50,198 nt of DNA from an uncultured Chthoniobacter sp. (lineage in GTDB: Bacteria; Verrucomicrobiota; Verrucomicrobiia; Chthoniobacterales; JACTMZ01). Within the stretch, counting starts at the first letter, position 1; the number at the start of each line of letters is the position of its first letter. Shown here piece after piece: positions 43,920 to 50,198 of this stretch. Below the pieces are notes generated by a model, which was not told the origin of the DNA, did not search any database, and worked only from the letters and a program-made list of their open reading frames with translations. The stretch spans positions 1-50,198 of the forward strand of contig CAZJGQ010000002.1 in the NCBI GenBank assembly GCA_964545425.1, written 5' to 3'. Position numbers and translations under genes: made by a program.

Positions 43920-44117
43920 AGACAGCCCGCAAGCGGGCGCAGGTCAGTCTCCAGTGTTCAGTAGTCAGTCGGAAGGTCTTTGTGCGTCATAAGCTCGCCG
44001 CGGCGAGCCGTGACGTGTGAAACGTGGCGTGTGGCGAGTAGACAGACTTCAGTTGTCAGACAGCAGAAGACTGAATACGCATTTGCGAGATCCGATCTCG
44101 CGGGTTAATATCCGCCC

Positions 44118-44372
44118 ATGAGCACGATCACAGCCGTCTTGGACGCCTGCCCCGACGGGACGCTGCATCTGCCGTTGCCGCCAGACTTGCGCGGCGTCCG
44201 CGTGCGGGTCGAGGCGAAGCTGGAAGCGGCTCCATCTGTAATAAAGAGCCCCGTCGAGCTGCGCGCCATTATGCGGAAGCTCCGCGACCGCAATCCATTC
44301 CGTGGCGTCAGCGATCCCGTGGCATGGCAGCGTGAGGCGCGTGAAGACGTGCGCCTGCCGGGACGGGATTGA
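44118..44372 (+). CDS. VapB-like antitoxin
   Basis: 84 aa, ends 3 nt before the PIN gene. The C-terminal WQREAREDVRLPGRD is typical of this antitoxin class. Confidence 0.6.
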   Translation: MSTITAVLDACPDGTLHLPLPPDLRGVRVRVEAKLEAAPSVIKSPVELRAIMRKLRDRNPFRGVSDPVAWQREAREDVRLPGRD

Positions 44373-44375
44373 GAC

Positions 44376-44750
44376 ATGGCCCGACCGCTGGACAGCAATA
44401 TCCTGATCTACGCGACCCAACCGGAACACGCCTTCCTCGATGAATGGCTCGAGGCTCCGGGCACGATGCTTTCCGCCATCAGTATTACCGAGGTTCTCGG
44501 TTACGAAGAGCTCACTTCCGGTGATGAGGATTTGTTCGAAGCCATGTTCGCACAACTAGTCATGCAACCCGTGAGCGAGGCGATTTTGCGGCGGGCTGCC
44601 GTCCTGCGCCGCATGCGCAAGCTGAAGCTTGGCGATGCAATCATCGCGGCCACCGCCTTGGAAACGGACAGGGAACTGGTCACGCGCAACGAGCAGGATT
44701 TTAGGGGCATCGAGGGACTTCATGTCATCAACCCTTTCGCCGGACGGTAG
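44376..44750 (+). CDS. vapC: PIN-domain toxin VapC
   Basis: LDSNILIYAT..ISITEVL..LGDAIIAATALETDRELVTRNEQDF. Confidence 0.85.
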   Translation: MARPLDSNILIYATQPEHAFLDEWLEAPGTMLSAISITEVLGYEELTSGDEDLFEAMFAQLVMQPVSEAILRRAAVLRRMRKLKLGDAIIAATALETDRELVTRNEQDFRGIEGLHVINPFAGR

Positions 44751-44794
44751 CTGATATAGCCGGCGTCCGGTCCGTGATGCCTCGACCTTGCGGA

Positions 44795-46459
44795 TCAGCG
44801 CCGCTTTTTTCTCGCGAGAGTCGGCACCGGCCAGATGGTGACGTCGCCGCGCGTGCCCTGGAGCACGTTGCCCGAAGGGGAAAGTCCCTGACAAAAGCCG
44901 GCGGGCACCTCGGCGTAGGATGAATCGTGGCCCAGCGCGATGAAGCCCACTTCGCGGGAAGGAAGACCGGCTGCTTCGACCAGCAAGTCGACAATGTCGC
45001 GCGGATTTTTGACCGCATCGCGGCCGAGTCCGACACGCAACCATGCCTTGCCCGGTTTCGGTTTGCGGGGAGGCTCATCCGCGGCAGATGCATCGTCTTC
45101 GACAACGGGCGCGCGTTTGGCGAGGGGCTTGGCTTGCTCCGCCGCGGGCGAGGCAGGTGCAGCGGTTTCTCCACCGCTCACAATATAGAGCAAGGCCGCG
45201 GCCACCTCGGTCGAATCCGCGCCCTCTTCGAGCAAACGGTCGACATGGACCATCTGGGCCTGGGCGCTGCCGGATTCGATGGTCTGGCGCACGCGCTCGA
45301 GCAAAGCGTCGGTGCGCTTCTCGCCGATTTCACCGGCGGTGGGCAATTTGCCGCGCCGGATGGTGGCGTGGGTGAATCTTTCGAGGAACTTGATCTTGTG
45401 CAGGTCGCGGCCTGTGACCAGCGAGATGGCCACGCCCTGCTTGCCGGCCCGCCCGGTTCGCCCGATGCGGTGCACGTAATCTTCGGGATCGTAGGGCAGG
45501 TCGAAATTCACGACCAACTCGAGGTCGTCCACGTCGATACCGCGGCCGGCCACGTCGGTGGCGACAAGGAAATCGAACCCGCCGGCTTTGAATTTGTTCA
45601 TCACGCGCGTGCGCTGGGCCTGGGCAATGCCGCCGTGCAAACGATCGGACGGTATGCCCTGGGCCTGCAAATCGTCGGCCAGTTCGTCGACGGTGCGCTG
45701 CGTGTTGCAGAAGATGATGCCGGAACGGTAGGAGTGGAAATCGATGAGCCGGAGGAGCGCGTCGAATTTCATGCGCGGCGGGGTTTCGTAATACCACTGG
45801 GCGATGTCGGGGGCGTCGACCTTCCGCTGATCGATCTTCAGTGTGACCGGATCGCGGGCGTAACGGTCGATGAGCTTGCGGATGGCGGGCGAAACGGTCG
45901 CCGAGAAAAATGCGGTCTGCCGGTCCGTCGGCATGGCATCGAGGATCTTCTTGATGTCGTCGCGAAAACCCATGTCGAGCATGCGGTCGGCTTCGTCGAG
46001 GACGATGAAGCGCAGACGGTCGAGCTTCAGCGTGCCGCGCTCGAGGTGGTCGATGATGCGCCCCGGTGTGCCGAGCACGATCTGGGCGCCGCGTTTGAGT
46101 TCCTGCGCCTGACGCTCGAAGGACGATCCGCCGTAGACCGGCACGGCATGGACGCCGCGTTTGCCCGCGGAGAGCTTGTGCACCTCGCCGGCCACTTGGG
46201 TGGCCAGTTCGCGGGTCGGACACAGCACGAGGACCTGCACCGCGTGCAGTGCCGGGTCGGTCTTCTCGATGGCGGGAATGGCAAAGGCCGCCGTTTTGCC
46301 GGAGCCGGTCTGCGATTGCCCGACCACATCCTGCCCGGCCAGCAGGACCGGAATGGCCGCCGCTTGGATCGGCGATGCTTCCTCGAAGCCGAGCTTGTCG
46401 ACCGCTTTGAGAATCTCCGGCGAAAGGCCGAGGCTGGCGAATGTTGGTCTATCCATCAC
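44795..46459 (-). CDS. DEAD-box ATP-dependent RNA helicase with a DbpA-type C-terminal RNA-binding domain (DeaD/CsdA-like)
   Basis: Q-motif F..LGL..PIQ, SQTGSGKTAAF, VLDEADRMLDMGF, SAT, HRIGRTGRAG. Confidence 0.95.
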   Translation of the reverse strand: MMDRPTFASLGLSPEILKAVDKLGFEEASPIQAAAIPVLLAGQDVVGQSQTGSGKTAAFAIPAIEKTDPALHAVQVLVLCPTRELATQVAGEVHKLSAGKRGVHAVPVYGGSSFERQAQELKRGAQIVLGTPGRIIDHLERGTLKLDRLRFIVLDEADRMLDMGFRDDIKKILDAMPTDRQTAFFSATVSPAIRKLIDRYARDPVTLKIDQRKVDAPDIAQWYYETPPRMKFDALLRLIDFHSYRSGIIFCNTQRTVDELADDLQAQGIPSDRLHGGIAQAQRTRVMNKFKAGGFDFLVATDVAGRGIDVDDLELVVNFDLPYDPEDYVHRIGRTGRAGKQGVAISLVTGRDLHKIKFLERFTHATIRRGKLPTAGEIGEKRTDALLERVRQTIESGSAQAQMVHVDRLLEEGADSTEVAAALLYIVSGGETAAPASPAAEQAKPLAKRAPVVEDDASAADEPPRKPKPGKAWLRVGLGRDAVKNPRDIVDLLVEAAGLPSREVGFIALGHDSSYAEVPAGFCQGLSPSGNVLQGTRGDVTIWPVPTLARKKRR

Positions 46460-46535
46460 CAGACCGTAGGTCAGAGAAGCACTGCGGTCACGGGTTGTTC
46501 TCGGAAAGATCTCGACCGCCCAAAGGCCGCCGGCT

Positions 46536-47462
46536 TCATCGCCGAACTCGGCGGCAGACGAAGATCAGGGCGGCGGCGGAGAAGCCGAGCAGTGCGTAGG
46601 TCGATGGCTCGGGGATGATGCTCATGATCTGCGACGCGTAGGACGAAATGTCCGCCGAGTAAGTGACGTTGCCGTAAACAGCTGTCTCGCCCGCTGTGGG
46701 TTGTCCGCTGAAGCCGCCGACGGCGATCATCACGCCGCCCAACTCCCACGAGGATCCGTTTTTGGCGAACACCGCACCTCCGGAATCACCGAACACAGCC
46801 TGGGCTTCGTCATCGGGGGCGACGAGATCCGTGAAGGTGGTGGTGAAGGTTTTCACGTCGACGGGAATGTTGCTGCTGCCGGGAACGTTGATCCACAGGT
46901 CGTGCGACTCGATGGTGTTGGTGCCCCAACGCATGGCGCGGGTGGAGAGCGTCTTATAACCGGCCGCGTTGCCGCCGGAAGGGACCTCGGTCCACGTCCA
47001 CGGTGTGGTGTTCGTTACGACATTCCATTCCGTGAAGGCGCCGCGGTCGCGACCCGCGCCGATCATGGTGACAGGCGCGCCCAAGGTCGGTGCCGACGAG
47101 GCCAGGGTGAGCGTCCCGAGGCCCGCGGGCGTGGAGGCCAAGCGGAACATGATCAAATCGGTGAAGGCCGTTTTTCCCGGGGAGTTGTTGGTCAGCTGGA
47201 CGGTTGTGCCGGCGAGTGGTGCGTATGACATGCCGGCCAGGGAGATCGTGCCAGCCCCGACATGGGAGGCGGTGAGCACCCATCCCTCGCCGAGATAAAT
47301 GCCGGTGCCAACGCCGAGCACACCGATGTTCAGCCAACCCGGATCATCACCCGGGGCATTGGTGTTGCCGGTGCCCGTGGCGGAGTTGATCACCACCGCA
47401 CTGGCGAACTGAGTCCAAGCGAGCGTGACGGCAAAGAATACGGCGAACCATCTGGGCTGCAT
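46536..47462 (-). CDS. Secreted trypsin-like (S1) serine peptidase with a PEP-CTERM anchor
   Basis: A signal peptide follows Met 47462 (MQPRWFAVFFAVTLAWTQFASA). WVLTASHVG supplies the His and GDSGGAVF the Ser. The C-terminus is PEPSTYALLGFSAAALIFVCRRVRR. Confidence 0.85.
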   Translation of the reverse strand: MQPRWFAVFFAVTLAWTQFASAVVINSATGTGNTNAPGDDPGWLNIGVLGVGTGIYLGEGWVLTASHVGAGTISLAGMSYAPLAGTTVQLTNNSPGKTAFTDLIMFRLASTPAGLGTLTLASSAPTLGAPVTMIGAGRDRGAFTEWNVVTNTTPWTWTEVPSGGNAAGYKTLSTRAMRWGTNTIESHDLWINVPGSSNIPVDVKTFTTTFTDLVAPDDEAQAVFGDSGGAVFAKNGSSWELGGVMIAVGGFSGQPTAGETAVYGNVTYSADISSYASQIMSIIPEPSTYALLGFSAAALIFVCRRVRR

Positions 47463-47556
47463 GGAGTTAACACTGCTACCACTTGGCCCGATCCTCAAGT
47501 CGTAGTCCGCCGCAGCGGGCAGCCCAAGAGACGAAGAGCTGGAGGGAGTATCAGTT

Positions 47557-47591
47557 GGTCGCCGCGGCGACCTGTCTCGAAGACTCGGCTG
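47557..47591 (+). repeat. REP-like hairpin element GGTCGCCGCGGCGACCTGTCTCG..CTCGGCTG
   Basis: Partner of 1101-1136. The palindromic core TCGCCGCGGCGA also occurs at about 43995-44006. Confidence 0.7.
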
Positions 47592-47672
47592 GCAGCTGGC
47601 AGGCGGCAGGTGTCAGGTGACGGAGGCCGGAAGCCAGAGCCGGAGTCCGGTTGCGAGGGAGTCGCAGAAGGG

Positions 47673-48032
47673 CTAGTGCGTCATAGCTCCTGCCCTGTAT
47701 TCATGGGGCTTGCAGCAGGGAGCAGACATCCAAGAGCCAGAGACGGTGCCCGGCTGGCAACGAAGATCCGGTGAGACATCGGGCATGGCCTGACCGCGCA
47801 TGCGGGGGATATTGCTGGCGATTTTCGGAGTCGCCTGCATGAGGAAGTCCCTCAGAGCGCGGGCGATTGCGACGTCGTCGGTTCCCAACGAGACGCGAAC
47901 CCGTTTCTTGGTGTAGTCGTCTTCGTGGACCGTGTAGTGGCACCACCAGGTGCCGTTGTTGTTCCAGATGTTGTGGTTGGGATTGGGATTTTTATTTTGC
48001 ACGCTCCCACTGCAACACAGGGGGTAAGACAT
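47673..48032 (-). CDS. Small protein with an integrase Arm/DUF4102-like motif (paralog C)
   Basis: NIWNNNGTWWCHYTVHEDDYTKKRVRVSLGTDDVAIARALRD. The C-terminal part is unlike paralogs A and B. Confidence 0.4.
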   Translation of the reverse strand: MSYPLCCSGSVQNKNPNPNHNIWNNNGTWWCHYTVHEDDYTKKRVRVSLGTDDVAIARALRDFLMQATPKIASNIPRMRGQAMPDVSPDLRCQPGTVSGSWMSAPCCKPHEYRAGAMTH

Positions 48033-48129
48033 CCGCTGTCCGAGGGGGAAAAAATCCTCTCCCGGTCGGAGGGATCGGCCTTACCGCTTGAGATGCGGGT
48101 CGCGCTGGGGTTTAGTGTCCATTCTTCAC

Positions 48130-48203
48130 GCGCCCGTAGCTCAACCGGATAGAGTGTCGGCCTCCGAAGCCGAAGGTTGTGGGTTCGACTCCCGCCGGGC
48201 GCA
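48130..48203 (+). tRNA. tRNA-Arg (anticodon CCG)
   Basis: 74 nt folded by hand. Acceptor GCGCCCG/CGGGCGC, D arm GCTC..GAGT, anticodon stem TCGGC/GCCGA with loop CTCCGAA, T arm GTGGG-TTCGACT-CCCGC. No encoded CCA. Confidence 0.9.
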
Positions 48204-48279
48204 TATTGCCGCGTTGCCGCGCCCGTGGTGCGGGTCTTGTGCGGGTGAGTCCGGGCGGATAGAAAAGGCGGTCAACGCG

Positions 48280-48843
48280 ATGGATATTGTTTATTTCGAC
48301 CTGGAAACTCAGCGGACGGCCAATGATGCGGGGGGATGGGACAAAAAGGCGGCCATGGGGATGACGGTGGGGGCGACCTACAGCACGAAAACGGGACAAT
48401 ACGCGGTCTATGGCGAGGAGCGGGTGCATGATCTTGTCGAGCAGCTGCAGCGCGCCGATCTGGTCGTGGGCTTCAATGTGATCAATTTCGATTACGAGGT
48501 GCTCATGGGTTACACGGTGATCGATCTGGCCCACAGTGTGCCGACACTCGACCTCATGGTTTCGCTCGAGGAGAAAATCGGACACCGCATCGGTCTCGAT
48601 GCCGTGGCGCAGTCGACGCTCGGTTGCGGCAAGACGGCGGACGGACTCGATGCGATCAAGTGGTGGCGACAGGGACGCAAGCTCGATGTGGCGCGCTATT
48701 GTTGTTTCGACGTGAAGGTGACGCGTCTGGTGCACGAACATGGCATGGCGCACGGCGAGGTGTTTTATCACGATCGCCTCGGACGCAAGCAACGCGTGCC
48801 GGTCGCATGGGGCGAACCCGCGCGGGAGCGCGCGGCGGCATGA
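48280..48843 (+). CDS. DEDDy-type 3'-5' exonuclease-like (RNase H-fold) protein
   Basis: Start at ATG 48280, because the tracked ORF otherwise runs through the tRNA. YFDLET is ExoI-like, GFNVINFDYEVL ExoII-like and YCCFD ExoIII-like. Confidence 0.7.
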   Translation: MDIVYFDLETQRTANDAGGWDKKAAMGMTVGATYSTKTGQYAVYGEERVHDLVEQLQRADLVVGFNVINFDYEVLMGYTVIDLAHSVPTLDLMVSLEEKIGHRIGLDAVAQSTLGCGKTADGLDAIKWWRQGRKLDVARYCCFDVKVTRLVHEHGMAHGEVFYHDRLGRKQRVPVAWGEPARERAAA

Positions 48844-50111
48844 TCCAACCGCTGCGCAACGAACCGTCCGTCTGGTCGCTCTGCTGGGTCGACGTGCCCG
48901 AGCCGCTGGCCATCGAGGACGATTTTTTTCTTCCGGTCATTCTGCTGCTCGTCGGGCCATCCTTCGATCCGCTGGCCGCGCCGGAGATTTTTCCGGAGCT
49001 GGACCAGATCCGCGCGGAGGATTGGGTGGCGCGGCATTTCGACGAACTCGGGGCGCCGGATGTGTTGCAGGTGTGGAAAGCGCCGGAGTGGGTGCCGGAG
49101 GATTGGAAATATTTCGGTCGCGACTGGAAGACGAAGGTAAAGATGGTCAATCCGCCGCCGCATGAGACGAAGATGCAATCGGAGTTGGCCGTGCAGGGCT
49201 ACCGTTCCGCCGGGCGTGCGCCCTCGTTGCCCAAATCGTCGGTCGCCGCAGGTCTGGTGCGCAACCTTTCGCGTCTGCGGTCGCCGCAAAAACGCCGGGC
49301 TACGTTGGAAAAAGCGGTGGAGATCGATCCGTCGTGCACCGCGGCGTGGGTCGAGTTGGCCGAAACGGAATTTCACGCGGGCCGCTACGAGCGCAGTCTC
49401 GACCTGGCCGCGCGCGTGGCGGACGTCGACGGACCGCTCCTGCGCAAACGCGGTGTGCAGTGGTGGACTGACCGCACGACCCGACCGTTGCTGCGGGCTA
49501 TCTTCGGTCAGATGCTCTGCCAATGGCATCTCGGGCGCGCCGGCGATGCGGCGGACCTCGGACAGGATTTGCTCGAGACCGACCCGTCGGACCATCTCGG
49601 CGCGCGTTTTTACGTTCCGCTTTTCCTGCTCCTCGCCGGCGAGCACGAGGAGGCGTCGCTTTTTTTCCGTCATTACGAATCGCGCTATCCGGGCGACATG
49701 CCCAACGCATGGCTGGCCTTCGCTTGGGGACTCTCCCTCTGCCTCGAAGGCGACGACCAAGGTGCGCGGCGCAAATACCGCGAGGGAATGCTGGCCAACA
49801 TCTACATCGCTCCACGGTTGCTCGGGGAACGTCCGCCGCCGGAGGACATCTACCACCCGAGCGAGCGCGACGAACCGCAATCGGCAGCGGAATTCGATGG
49901 GTCCTTCGGCGGCCTGTGGGACCGCGAACCCTCGGCCCTGCGCATCCTGCGGGAGTCTTATGACGAACTTCGTCCCGTCCTTGCCGAGCTGATTTTGCGC
50001 CGCACGGCGATGGCCGAACTGATGGACCAACGCTACGACCCTGAATACCGGGCCAAGTGGACGCGTCTGGTCGAGGAAGAGGAAGCCTTCGTCAAAAAAG
50101 CGCTGCAGTAA
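48840..50111 (+). CDS. TPR-repeat protein
   Basis: The ATG at 48840 overlaps the upstream stop (ATGA). ATLEKAVEIDPSCTAAWVELAETEFHAGRYERSLDLAARV is TPR-like. Confidence 0.65.
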   Translation: MIQPLRNEPSVWSLCWVDVPEPLAIEDDFFLPVILLLVGPSFDPLAAPEIFPELDQIRAEDWVARHFDELGAPDVLQVWKAPEWVPEDWKYFGRDWKTKVKMVNPPPHETKMQSELAVQGYRSAGRAPSLPKSSVAAGLVRNLSRLRSPQKRRATLEKAVEIDPSCTAAWVELAETEFHAGRYERSLDLAARVADVDGPLLRKRGVQWWTDRTTRPLLRAIFGQMLCQWHLGRAGDAADLGQDLLETDPSDHLGARFYVPLFLLLAGEHEEASLFFRHYESRYPGDMPNAWLAFAWGLSLCLEGDDQGARRKYREGMLANIYIAPRLLGERPPPEDIYHPSERDEPQSAAEFDGSFGGLWDREPSALRILRESYDELRPVLAELILRRTAMAELMDQRYDPEYRAKWTRLVEEEEAFVKKALQ

Positions 50112-50117
50112 CGCGGC

Positions 50118-50198
50118 GTCAGGTCGAGGTCGAGACGGGCGGGGGCGTTGCTTCCGGTGCTGCTTCCTCGGTCGCTGCAGGTGCCGAGGCCGGTGCCG
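50118..50198 (-). CDS. 3' end of an unidentified CDS entering from downstream of the window (partial)
   Basis: The minus-strand frame is open from the window edge to TGA (50118-50120) and encodes an Ala/Pro-rich tail, APASAPAATEEAAPEATPPPVSTST*. Very short. Confidence 0.25.

Noticed and set aside
44927-46618. 563-aa plus-strand ORF antisense to the DEAD-box helicase
   Set aside because: The minus strand has all the DEAD-box motifs, so the plus-strand ORF is a GC-driven shadow.
47673-48032. Calling ORF C a tRNA-adjacent phage integrase
   Set aside because: Only an ~45-aa Arm-like motif is present. There is no catalytic R..HxxR..Y domain, and the orientation relative to the tRNA is non-canonical.
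48768-50030. 420-aa minus-strand ORF antisense to the TPR gene (with a similar one at 5451-6548 opposite DUF2130)
   Set aside because: Arg/Pro/Gly-rich shadow ORFs. The plus-strand genes have sensible composition, start contexts and coupling.

Overview
High-GC bacterial chromosomal segment. Hand-counted 60-nt lines give about 68% GC in most coding DNA, with a clearly AT-richer block at about 10.7-19.0 kb. A PEP-CTERM protease and REP-like intergenic hairpins suggest a Verrucomicrobia-like Gram-negative, but that is only a guess. About 45 kb of the window is a mosaic defence and toxin-antitoxin island; housekeeping genes appear only at the right end: DEAD-box helicase, PEP-CTERM serine protease, tRNA-Arg(CCG), DEDD exonuclease-like protein and a TPR protein. 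A canonical recC-recB-recD operon sits inside the island. Recognisable accessory content includes two NERD proteins, DUF2130, a HARE-HTH/GIY-YIG-like protein, a DUF262/DUF1524 (GmrSD-like) nuclease, Dcm, Vsr, DUF2075, an HNH nuclease, an Smr protein and five PIN-family TA loci (one decayed). No CRISPR array, rRNA, transposase or complete integrase was seen. Three gene clusters look like candidate uncharacterised systems. (1) 9331-16919: DUF262/DUF1524 nuclease, an RNA-polymerase-mimic protein (two alpha-CTD-like modules, sigma region 4, repeated winged helices), a small wH-like protein, a GHKL/MORC-like ATPase and Dcm, all translationally coupled. (2) 19668-23267: RHH regulator, papain-like C1 peptidase, coiled-coil protein and Zn-ribbon-Smr nuclease. 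(3) 38138-42730 on the minus strand: small protein, MoxR-like AAA_5 ATPase with a deviant P-loop, HExxH-vWA protein and a classical AAA+ ATPase, with a SLOG/DprA-like gene upstream and a Phd-PIN pair downstream. DNA-level oddities include a duplicated vsr 3' end flanking a 6.6-kb cargo segment, three 24-bp palindromes upstream of a decayed TA, AT-rich dyads, REP-like hairpin repeats and a family of three small integrase-Arm-like ORFs. All domain calls come from motif recognition by eye; no searches were run.
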